A DNA stretch of 64,000 bases from Flavobacteriaceae bacterium (GTDB taxonomy: Bacteria; Bacteroidota; Bacteroidia; Flavobacteriales; Flavobacteriaceae): NCBI GenBank assembly GCA_027080135.1, contig JALWUJ010000039.1, forward strand, positions 4,561-68,560, written 5' to 3'. A program made the position numbers and the translations under genes. This document shows positions 40,278 to 49,294 of this stretch, one piece after another (position 1 is the first letter of the stretch; each line of letters starts with the position of its first letter). The notes under the pieces are model-generated. The model was not told the origin of the DNA, did no database searches, and saw nothing but the letters and a program-made list of their open reading frames with translations.

Positions 40278-40358
40278 TTTACTAATTTCTTTGTGGTACT
40301 TTGTACCTTCTTAGTGTACTTTGTGGTTAATTTAAAATAAATATAAATATTGTTATTT

Positions 40359-40661
40359 CTATTTCAAGTGTTTTTTTACATCCATTCTTTGATGAAGAAT
40401 TCTTACTATTTCTACAATTTCGTTTTCCAATTTTTTATAAAATATCAAGTGGGATTTTATTTTTGTTACTCGGTAGTTTTTTCGAGTTTGCTCAACAGAT
40501 TTCCCAGTCATAAAGTTACCTGAAACAAATTCAATTTCTTTAATGATCAAATCATAATACCTATCTGCTTGCTCCTTTGACCATTTATTAAAAGTGTAAA
40601 TCCAAATATTGTTTATGTCCTCTATAGCTTGATTACTTATTCGATACTTATGTTTTCTCAT
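40359..40661 (-). CDS. parE: RelE/ParE family toxin
   Basis: YRIS..A.EDI..IW.YT...W..EQADRY, HLIFY and IVRILHQRMD. Confidence 0.9.
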   Translation of the reverse strand: MRKHKYRISNQAIEDINNIWIYTFNKWSKEQADRYYDLIIKEIEFVSGNFMTGKSVEQTRKNYRVTKIKSHLIFYKKLENEIVEIVRILHQRMDVKKHLK

Positions 40662-40900
40662 AAGTGCTGCTTATGCAATTTTTCAAGGTTTTGTTTTGGA
40701 TTAAAGTTTTCAACAAAACCACTTTCTTCTCCAACTTCTAAGGCTTTGATTAACTCTCTTTCTTTCTTTTCTTCAAATTCTAACAACCTTAAAGCTGACC
40801 TAATTACTTCACTTACCGAATTATATCTTCCAGATTTTACTTCTGTTTTAATAAAATCTTCAAAATGATCTCCAATAGATATCGATGTGTTCTTTCCCAT
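40658..40900 (-). CDS. parD: ParD family RHH antitoxin
   Basis: NTSISIG.HF, SGRY.SVSEVIR.ALRLLE; 4-nt overlap with the toxin. Confidence 0.9.
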   Translation of the reverse strand: MGKNTSISIGDHFEDFIKTEVKSGRYNSVSEVIRSALRLLEFEEKKERELIKALEVGEESGFVENFNPKQNLEKLHKQHL

Positions 40901-40949
40901 TTTATAAATTAATTAATCAAAGATACCAAGACTTGGTAACGAATCCAAA

Positions 40950-42104
40950 TTAGACACAACTCTTTTCGAATGCCTGCTTTAAATCTGAAATAATATCTTT
41001 TCGGTCTTCAATTCCTACTGATAATCGCAATAATCCTTCTGCAATTCCTTGTTTTATTCGTTCTTCTTCTCCCAACAATGCATGTGATGTTTTTGAAGGA
41101 GCCAAAATAGTGGACTCCACTCCTGCCAAACTCATCGAAGGTTTGATAAGTCGTAGGGCTTTTAAAAACTTACTGGAATCAACGTTTTCAAAAAGTTCAA
41201 ATGATAGCATTCCTGTAAATCCTTTCATCTGTTTTTTTGCTAATTTATAATTGGGATGTGTTTTTAATCCTGGATAATACACTTTAGCTACCAAATCGTT
41301 TTTCTCTAACCATTTAGCCACTTTTTTGGCATTTCGGTTATGAGATTTTACACGAATTGCTAAGGTTTTCATACTTCGTTCTAACAACCAAACGGTATAT
41401 TCACTTAGGTTTCCGCCGAGATTTTTTCCGACATTCCATATCTTTTTTATATGTTCTTCGGAAGCTGCCACTGCTCCCGCACTAATATCACTATGACCTC
41501 CTAAATATTTGGTAGCACTGTGTATCATAACATCAATTCCAAAATCGATAGGCGTCTGATTGATAGGTGAAGCAAAGGTATTATCAATCATAGAAACCAA
41601 CTTATTCTCTTTTGCTATTCTTGAAATCATTTCTAAATCAGTAATTTTCATCAAAGGATTGGAAGGTGTTTCCACATAAATCACTTTGGTATTTTCTTTA
41701 ATTTTTGAAGTAAAATCTTCTTCAGAAAAACCATCGGTAAAATCGAATTCAATTCCGAATTTAGGAAATTCTTCCACAATAAAATTATAAGCACCACCAT
41801 AAATTGTTTTTTGAACCACTACGTGATCGTCTTTATCTAAAAACGCTAACAAGACTGTACTTACTGCTGCCATTCCGCTTGCGAAAATCAATCCTGCTTC
41901 CGTTTTCTCTAAAGCTGCCACTTTTTTACACAAAGCTTCTTGGTTGGGCGTATTAAAATATCGCGGATATCGAAGCACTTCAACATCTTCATAAGCATAC
42001 GAATTAGTCATATATAATGGTGAAATCGCACCTTTAAACTACTGATCTTCTACTTCACCAACTTGTACGCAAATGGTGTTGGTTCCTAAACTTTTGATTT
42101 TCAT
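40950..42104 (-). pseudogene. Cys/Met trans-sulfuration PLP enzyme with an in-frame TAG at codon 22
   Basis: YPRY.N.P, FASGMAA, ETPSNP, DNTF and HSATKYLGGHSD. ATG at 42104 is in frame, with TAG at 42039-42041. Confidence 0.7.
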
Positions 42105-42166
42105 TTAAAAATATTTTTAGAGAAACACAAGATACAATATCCTTTCAATATTTTTATCTTTACCAA

Positions 42167-43402
42167 ATGAAAACACTTCTTATTAATATAAAAGAACTGC
42201 TTCAAGTTCGTGATATTGCACCCAATAAAGTTAGTGGAGCCGAAATGAAAGAACTTCCAACATTAAAAAATGCTTGGTTGTTAGTTGAAAATGATATCAT
42301 TAAAGACTTCGGAACGATGGATGTTTTAACTGAAACGGAAGTACATAAAACCATAGACTGTACTGGAAAAATAGTGCTTCCTACTTGGTGCGATTCGCAT
42401 ACTCACATAGTTTATGCTGGTAACAGAGAACAAGAATTTGTAGATAGAATTAACGGATTATCCTACCAAGAAATAGCCGATAATGGCGGTGGAATTTTAA
42501 ACAGTGCAAAGAAACTTCAACAAACATCCGAAGCGGATTTATTTACACAATCGGCTGCTCGTTTAAAGGAAGTGATGAAATTAGGAACCGGAGCCATCGA
42601 AATAAAATCGGGTTACGGACTTACCACCGAAGCTGAATTAAAAATGCTTCGAGTTGCCAAAAAATTAGGCGAAACATTTCCTGTAAAAGTAAAAACTACT
42701 TTCTTGGGAGCACACGCAGTTCCCTCAGAATTTAAAAACGACAAACAAGGATATATGGATCATATTTGTAATGATATGCTTCCGAAAGTAGCTGAAGAAA
42801 ACCTTACCGATTACGTGGATATTTTCTGTGAAAAAGGATATTTTACGGTAGAAGATACCCATCAATTGCTTTCCGAAGCAAAAAAATATGGATTGATTCC
42901 TAAAACACACGTGAATCAATTTAACGCTATTGGTGGTGTTAAAGCAAGCGTAGATCATCAAGCTTTGAGCGTGGATCATTTAGAAGTAATTACAGATGAA
43001 GACATTTCAGTTTTAAAAAATTCTGAAACGATGCCTGTAGCACTTCCCTCCTGTTCTTATTTTTTAAGCATTCCTTATACTCCTGGAAGAAAAATTATCG
43101 ATGCAGGGCTTCCATTAGCATTAGCAACCGATTATAATCCTGGTTCAACTCCAAGCGGAAATATGAATTTTGTAGTCGCCACTGCTTGCATAAAAATGAA
43201 ACTCACGCCCGAGGAAGCAATTAACGCAGCAACCATTAACGGAGCTTACGCAATGGGAATTTCAGAAACCCACGGAAGTATTACCAAAGGAAAATCTGCG
43301 AGTGTGATTATTACTAAAGAAATCCCTTCCTATGGCTATTTACCTTATGCTTTCGGCAGTAATTTAATTGATATGGTAATTGTTGCTGGGGAGGTTTTAT
43401 GA
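42167..43402 (+). CDS. hutI: Imidazolonepropionase
   Basis: DSHTH, GGGI, EIKSGYGL, DIFCE and ATDYNPG. Confidence 0.95.
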   Translation: MKTLLINIKELLQVRDIAPNKVSGAEMKELPTLKNAWLLVENDIIKDFGTMDVLTETEVHKTIDCTGKIVLPTWCDSHTHIVYAGNREQEFVDRINGLSYQEIADNGGGILNSAKKLQQTSEADLFTQSAARLKEVMKLGTGAIEIKSGYGLTTEAELKMLRVAKKLGETFPVKVKTTFLGAHAVPSEFKNDKQGYMDHICNDMLPKVAEENLTDYVDIFCEKGYFTVEDTHQLLSEAKKYGLIPKTHVNQFNAIGGVKASVDHQALSVDHLEVITDEDISVLKNSETMPVALPSCSYFLSIPYTPGRKIIDAGLPLALATDYNPGSTPSGNMNFVVATACIKMKLTPEEAINAATINGAYAMGISETHGSITKGKSASVIITKEIPSYGYLPYAFGSNLIDMVIVAGEVL

Positions 43403-43456
43403 ATTAATTCTTTGGCTTTATTCAATGATACATACCCTTTCTCTGATTAATTACAC

Positions 43457-43527
43457 GTACCCTTCGGCTCCGCTCAGGGTGCAAAATTAAACATTTTAAC
43501 TCGGTCACTGAGCGGAGTCGAAGTGAC
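43457..43527. repeat. Family-A REPIN-like inverted doublet
   Basis: gtacccttcggctccgctcagggtgc ... gtcactgagcggagtcgaagtgac. Confidence 0.85.
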
Positions 43528-45657
43528 TTAATTACTAAACCCCTTCTTCTTCAATAAAGGTGTAATTTCAGGATCTCTTCCAATAAAGTCTTTGTATAAA
43601 TCTACTCCCGATTTTGTTCCTCCTGAAGCTAACATTTCACGATATCTTTTTGCTAATTCTTTATTGAAAATATCACCCGTTTTTTTGAATTCAGCAAAAG
43701 TATCTGCATCCAAAACTTCACTCCACATATAACTGTAATATCCCGCAGAATAACCACTTGCAAAAATATGATTGTAATACGTACTTCTGTAACGAGGAAG
43801 TATTTCGTTAATCAAATCAATTTTTGACATCGCATCTCTTTCAAAAGAATTCACATCTTTTTTAGTAGGTTCTGTTATTGAATGCCAGTCCATATCTAGA
43901 TAGGCAGCAGCCATATATTCTACCGTTCTAAAGCCTTCGTTAAAATCATTGGCCTCATTCATTTTTTTAATCATTTCTTCTGGAATTACTTCTCCTGTTT
44001 TGTAATGTTTTGCATATAACGCCAATACTCTAGGTTCGCTCATCCAATTTTCCATTACTTGCGAAGGAAACTCAACAAAGTCACGGGGAACATTGGTTCC
44101 TGCAAGGTTTGGATATTTTACGTGAGAAAGTAATCCGTGTAAAGCGTGACCAAATTCGTGAAACATCGTTTGTGCTTCCGTAAAAGATAATAAGGAAGGA
44201 GTTCCTTCTGTAGGTGGTGGGAAATTAAAGTTGTTGGTAACTATAGGAGTTACAAATCCATCATAATTACTTTGTCCAATAAGTTCATTCATCCAAGCGC
44301 CTCCTCGTTTACTTTCTCTAGTGAAGAAATCCATATAAATAACTCCAACGTGAGTTCCGTCTGCTTCTTTTACTTCAAAAACTTGTTGATCTTTATGCCA
44401 TTTCGGAGCATCTTTTAAAGGTGTAAATGTGAGTCCGAATAACTCTTTAGCTAATAAAAAAGCTCCTTCTCTAACTGAATTTACTTCAAAATAAGGACGT
44501 GTTTCATCTTCATTAAAATTATAACGTTGCTTTCTAATTTTTGCCACATAATAACGCCAATCACTTCCTCTAAAACTTTCTTCAATTCCTTCAGATTTCA
44601 TAATTTCAGCAAGAGAATTTCTGTCTTTCTTTGCCATATTTAAGGCAGGTGTCCAAAGTTGATTCATTAAAGTATAAACCGCTTCGGGCTTTTCAGCCAT
44701 ATTGTTTGCTAAAATATAATCGGCGTGAGACTTGTATCCCAAAAGATTGGCTCTCTCTAAACGCAACGTGGTCATTTCAATTATAATGGCTTTGTTGTCG
44801 TTTTCGTTATTGTTATTTCCACGCATCGCATAGCCTTGAAATAACTTTTCGCGAAGTTCTCTATTGGGTGAACTTTGAAGAAACGGATTGATACTCGGAC
44901 GTGACAAAGTAAATGACCATCCCGAATCATAACCTCTTTTCTTGGCTTCGGAAGCAGCCGAGGCAACCAATGCTTCAGATAAATCTCCTAAATCTTCTTT
45001 GTTGGTAGTATGAATTTCGAAATTATTGGTTTCGTTTAAAAGGTTTTCACCAAAAGCCGTAGATAATTCTGACAGGCGTTTGTTAATTTCCATTAATCGT
45101 TCCTTTTTTTCACCTTCTAAATTCACTCCCGCTCTTACATAATTTTTATAGGTTTTTTCGAGTAGAAAATTTTCTTCTTCAGATAAAGTTAGATTTTCTC
45201 TGTTATCATAAACCTGTTTTACTCGTTTAAATAAAATTGGATTTAAATTAACTTCATCCCTGTGAACGGTAAGCTCTGGAGAAATTTTCTTTTTTGCTTC
45301 TTTTAAAACATCGTTTGTATTTGCGGCTTCAACAGCAGAAAAAGTATTTGAAACCCGACTCAATAAATCACCGCTTATCGCCAAAGCCTCAATCGTATTT
45401 TTGAAAGTTGGAGCCTCTGGATTGCTGATTATTTTTTCAATTTCTGAATTATGAATTTTTATCGCCTCCCTAATCGCAGGCAAATAATCTTCACTTTTAA
45501 TTTTATCGAAAGGCGGAACACCAAAAGTCGTATCCCAATTTTCAAGTAATGGATTTTCGTTATTCATAATTTTGGTAATTTCTGTAGTTTCTGTTTCATT
45601 TTTACAAGAAAACAATAGAGCAACGGTAATAAAAAGTAGGGTTGTAAGTTTTTTCAT
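43528..45657 (-). CDS. dcp: M3 family peptidase (peptidyl-dipeptidase Dcp-like) lipoprotein
   Basis: HEFGHALH, DFVEFPSQ..E, GYSAGYYSY.W; lipobox LFSC. Confidence 0.88.
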   Translation of the reverse strand: MKKLTTLLFITVALLFSCKNETETTEITKIMNNENPLLENWDTTFGVPPFDKIKSEDYLPAIREAIKIHNSEIEKIISNPEAPTFKNTIEALAISGDLLSRVSNTFSAVEAANTNDVLKEAKKKISPELTVHRDEVNLNPILFKRVKQVYDNRENLTLSEEENFLLEKTYKNYVRAGVNLEGEKKERLMEINKRLSELSTAFGENLLNETNNFEIHTTNKEDLGDLSEALVASAASEAKKRGYDSGWSFTLSRPSINPFLQSSPNRELREKLFQGYAMRGNNNNENDNKAIIIEMTTLRLERANLLGYKSHADYILANNMAEKPEAVYTLMNQLWTPALNMAKKDRNSLAEIMKSEGIEESFRGSDWRYYVAKIRKQRYNFNEDETRPYFEVNSVREGAFLLAKELFGLTFTPLKDAPKWHKDQQVFEVKEADGTHVGVIYMDFFTRESKRGGAWMNELIGQSNYDGFVTPIVTNNFNFPPPTEGTPSLLSFTEAQTMFHEFGHALHGLLSHVKYPNLAGTNVPRDFVEFPSQVMENWMSEPRVLALYAKHYKTGEVIPEEMIKKMNEANDFNEGFRTVEYMAAAYLDMDWHSITEPTKKDVNSFERDAMSKIDLINEILPRYRSTYYNHIFASGYSAGYYSYMWSEVLDADTFAEFKKTGDIFNKELAKRYREMLASGGTKSGVDLYKDFIGRDPEITPLLKKKGFSN

Positions 45658-45802
45658 TTAAAGAAATTTAAGCTATAAAAATACGGATTTTTCTACTGTT
45701 TCTATTCGATTATTTCTGAAAAGTTGAGTGCTTTTTTCTTTGGAGAAATGTATTGTAGCTCCTGACTCTTATTTCGAACTATTCAACGCCATTTTACACA
45801 AT

Positions 45803-45899
45803 GTACCCTTCGACTCCGCTTAGGGTACTGACTAACATTCAACAAAAGATAAAAATTCAACTCGGTCACTGAGCATCCCGAGAGTTCGGGAGAAATGAC
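45803..45899. repeat. Family-A doublet upstream of the GIY-YIG gene
   Basis: gtacccttcgactccgcttagggtac ... ggtcactgagc[atcccgagagttcggga]gaaatgac. Confidence 0.8.
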
Positions 45900-45955
45900 G
45901 GTTATTAAATTGTTTTCATATATTTATAATTCATTAATATTTTATTTTTTATAAT

Positions 45956-46258
45956 ATGAAAGGGTATATGTACATTTTAAAATGCTTTAACGATTTGTAC
46001 TATACAGGGAGTACAAATAATTTAAAGAAAAGAGTTGCACAACACAATGCAGGTGAAGGGTCAAATTTCACAAAAAAGCACCTCCCAGTTAAGTTAGTGT
46101 ATTTTGAAGAATTCCAAAGAATAGATGAAGCATTTTATCGTGAAAAACAAGTTCAAGGTTGGAGTAGGAAAAAGAAAGAAGCTTTAATAAACGGGGAAAC
46201 TAATTTGCTTCATTCTCTTTCTGAATGTAAAAACGAAAGTCACTCGAAAAACAAATAA
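45956..46258 (+). CDS. Stand-alone small GIY-YIG nuclease
   Basis: YMYIL.C....YYTGST.NL.KR..QH, P.KLVY.E and A..RE..V..WSR.KK. Confidence 0.9.
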   Translation: MKGYMYILKCFNDLYYTGSTNNLKKRVAQHNAGEGSNFTKKHLPVKLVYFEEFQRIDEAFYREKQVQGWSRKKKEALINGETNLLHSLSECKNESHSKNK

Positions 46259-46306
46259 GAACTAATTATCTTTTTGGTTCTTGTTAACTATTCGTACCAT
46301 TTGGCA

Positions 46307-46450
46307 CGTACCCTTCGACTCCGCTCAGGGTACGCAAGTTAAATTGAACATCTTAACTCAGTCATTGAACACCTTAACCATTCAAAAAAAGTTAGTATTT
46401 TCTTCAAAGGTCAAATCTGTACCCGGTCACTGAGCGGAGCCGAAGTGACC
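46307..46450. repeat. Family-A doublet downstream of the GIY-YIG gene
   Basis: cgtacccttcgactccgctcagggtacg ... ggtcactgagcggagccgaagtgacc. Confidence 0.85.
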
Positions 46451-46528
46451 AGACCCAAAAAATTAATTTCCAATTAAATTCAAATTTCTAATCTCTTTAC
46501 CCTAATTTTGAAATTCAAATAAAAAAAG

Positions 46529-48223
46529 ATGCAAAAACAACTCATAGAATGTGTACCTAATATTAGTGAAGGTCGCGATTCAAAAATTATAGAAACCGTT
46601 TCTCAAATTGTTGAAACTGTAGAAGGTGTAAAACTTTTGGATGTAGATCCTGGAAAAGCAACCAACAGAACCGTCATCACTTTTGTTGGTGAACCCGAAC
46701 CTGTGATTGAAGCTGCTTTCAGATTGATAAAAAAAGCTTCCGAATTAATTGATATGAGCAAACATACGGGTGAACATCCTCGTTTTGGTGCAACCGATGT
46801 TTGTCCGCTGGTACCAATTTCAAATATTTCATTAGAAGAAATCGCCAAATATGCTCATAAATTAGGAGAACGTGTTGGCAAAGAACTAGGTATTCCGGGT
46901 TATTTCTACGAAACAGCAGCCAAAGAAGAAAAACGTAAAAACCTTGCCAATTGCCGAAGTGGAGAATACGAAGGATTGGCTGCAAAACTTTCAGACCCTA
47001 ATTGGAAACCCGATTTTGGACCTGCCGAGTACAATAAAAATGTTGCTCGCACTGGAGCAACTGCAATTTCGGCAAGAGATTTTTTAATTGCTTATAATGT
47101 AAATTTAAACACCACATCTACCCGTAGAGCAAACGCTATTGCTTTTGACATTAGAGAAGCAGGAAGAATAAAACGAGAAGGAAACCCAATTACAGGCAAA
47201 AAAGTGTTGGACGAAAACGGAGAACCTATTCGTATTCCCGGAAAGCTTAAAGCTGTAAAAGGAATTGGTTGGTATATTGATGAATACGGAATTGCACAAA
47301 TATCTTACAACCTTACCAACATCTCTATTACTTCAATGCACAAAGCTTTTGATGAAAGTTGTAAAGCTGCTTTAAAACGTGGAATTAGAGTTACAGGTTC
47401 TGAAATTATCGGATTAATTCCCTTACAAGCGATGTTAGATGCAGCAGATTTTTATCTAATTAAACAAGAACGCTCTCTAGGAATTGCTGAAAGCGAAAAG
47501 ATTAAAATCGCAGTAAAATCCTTAGGGCTTGACGATTTAAAACCTTTTCATCCCGAAGAGAAAATTATTGAATATATGCTGAAAGGTTCAGATGAAAAGA
47601 AACTAATCGATTTCAAATTAGATGACTTTGCAGATGAAACCGCAGGAGAATCTATGGCTCCAGGTGGCGGCTCAATTTCGGCTTATGTGGGAACATTGGG
47701 AGTTTCGTTAGGGACGATGGTTGCCAACTTGTCGGCTCATAAAGCAGGTTGGGATGATCGTTGGGAATTCTTTTCAGAATGGGCAGTAAAAGGACAAGCT
47801 TACAAAGAAAAGTTATTGTTTTTGGTAGATGAAGACACCAACGCTTTTAATAAAATTATCGATGGTTTTAGAATGCCAAAAGATACAGATGAAGAAAAAG
47901 AAGCAAGAAAACAAGCCATTGAAGAAGCTACAAAATACGCTACCCAAATTCCATTTCAGGTAATGGAAACTTCCTTTAATTCGATGGAAGTTATGCAAGC
48001 AATGATCAAAGATGGTTTGCAAAACTCACTTTCTGATGGTGGAGTTGGAGTGCTTTGTGCAAAAGCAGCAGTTTTAGGTGCTTATTTTAATGTAAAAATT
48101 AATGCGAAAGATATTAAAGACCGAGTTTTTGCTGAAGATATTTTAACAAAAGCTGAAACCATTTATCAGCAAACTTTAAAAATTGAAGCAGAAACTATTG
48201 AGTATATTAACGGTAAAATGTAA
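46529..48223 (+). CDS. ftcD: Glutamate formimidoyltransferase / cyclodeaminase
   Basis: IECVPN.SEGR, GEHPRFGA.DVCP and APGGGS. Confidence 0.93.
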   Translation: MQKQLIECVPNISEGRDSKIIETVSQIVETVEGVKLLDVDPGKATNRTVITFVGEPEPVIEAAFRLIKKASELIDMSKHTGEHPRFGATDVCPLVPISNISLEEIAKYAHKLGERVGKELGIPGYFYETAAKEEKRKNLANCRSGEYEGLAAKLSDPNWKPDFGPAEYNKNVARTGATAISARDFLIAYNVNLNTTSTRRANAIAFDIREAGRIKREGNPITGKKVLDENGEPIRIPGKLKAVKGIGWYIDEYGIAQISYNLTNISITSMHKAFDESCKAALKRGIRVTGSEIIGLIPLQAMLDAADFYLIKQERSLGIAESEKIKIAVKSLGLDDLKPFHPEEKIIEYMLKGSDEKKLIDFKLDDFADETAGESMAPGGGSISAYVGTLGVSLGTMVANLSAHKAGWDDRWEFFSEWAVKGQAYKEKLLFLVDEDTNAFNKIIDGFRMPKDTDEEKEARKQAIEEATKYATQIPFQVMETSFNSMEVMQAMIKDGLQNSLSDGGVGVLCAKAAVLGAYFNVKINAKDIKDRVFAEDILTKAETIYQQTLKIEAETIEYINGKM

Positions 48224-48336
48224 AACCCTATAACTTGTGCTGAACTTGTCGATGTAAAAAGGAGTTTTTTAATTTTATCTAGTTGAAAAAGAAGACTTAA
48301 AAGCCAAAAATAGTTGGTAACTTTTCCTCTTATTAA

Positions 48337-49032
48337 TTATAAAAAATTCATTAATTCGGAAGCTTTTTTTAACTCTTTAAATTTGAAATGTACTACTACT
48401 TCATCAGCAACTTTTTCGTGTTCCCAAGTAGTATGAAACGGAATGTGAATTGCCGAAGCACCAATTTCTAAAACAGGAAGAATATCCGATTTTAAAGAAT
48501 TTCCGACCATTAAAAATTCTTCAGGTTGAATATCTAAATGCTTGATGAGTTTTTTATATTGTCGCGGTTGCTTATCGCTCATCACTTCAATATGATGAAA
48601 ATAATTTTCTAAACCAGATTTGATTAATTTTCGTTCTTGGTCTAATAAATCGCCTTTGGTTGCCATTACCAATTTATATTTTTTTGATAATTGCTGAAGG
48701 GTTTCTTCAATTCCATCAATCAATTCAATAGGCATATTCAGCATTTCTTTGGCAATGTTTATTAATTTTGAAATGGTTTCAATCGGAATTTTATTTTCAG
48801 ATATTTTTATCGCTGCTTCAATTAAGGATAGTGCAAAAGGTTTGATCCCGTAGCCATAAGTTGGAAGGTTTTGCATTTCAATTTCAAACAAAATTTTATT
48901 GCAGGTATCTTCGGGTAAAAAGTCGTTTAATAAGTTGCAAAAATCTTCTTCTGCCTTTCTGAAATAAGGTTCGTTTACCCAAAGTGTGTCGTCGGCATCG
49001 AAGGCGATTACTTTTATTTTGTTTAGATTCAT
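48337..49032 (-). CDS. HAD family hydrolase
   Basis: FDADDTLW, TKGD and MVGNS.KSD. Confidence 0.9.
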   Translation of the reverse strand: MNLNKIKVIAFDADDTLWVNEPYFRKAEEDFCNLLNDFLPEDTCNKILFEIEMQNLPTYGYGIKPFALSLIEAAIKISENKIPIETISKLINIAKEMLNMPIELIDGIEETLQQLSKKYKLVMATKGDLLDQERKLIKSGLENYFHHIEVMSDKQPRQYKKLIKHLDIQPEEFLMVGNSLKSDILPVLEIGASAIHIPFHTTWEHEKVADEVVVHFKFKELKKASELMNFL

Positions 49033-49042
49033 ATTTTGGTTA

Positions 49043-49288
49043 TTACATAGAGATTCACAGAGGTTTCACAAAGTTACACAAAGATTTTTTTTTATAACCC
49101 TTCCAAAGTTTATCCTGAAACTTTGGATATGGAAGGTTTTTAGACAAGACTTATAAGGTTTTAAAACCTTGCAGGTCGTACATCTTTTATCGTAATGTGC
49201 AACCGTAGAGATTCACTGAAATCGAGGAGATAAACTGAAAAGAAAAAACTCTGTGAGCCTCTGTGGCTCTCTGCGAATCTTCGTGTAA
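49043..49288. repeat. Composite repeat: family-C arms enclosing B-type palindromes
   Basis: cacagag/cacaaag units at 49043-49084, ctctgtg units at 49249-49288, B copy at 49148-49177. Confidence 0.65.
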
Positions 49289-49294
49289 CAACTA

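Noticed and set aside
42039-42041. TAG as pyrrolysine or programmed readthrough
   Set aside because: No pyl genes or suppressor tRNA in the window; other genes end in TAG (e.g. 20586, 15732); the position is not catalytic.
43457-46450. Repeats as a CRISPR array
   Set aside because: The copies are inverted and irregularly spaced, with no uniform spacers and no cas genes.
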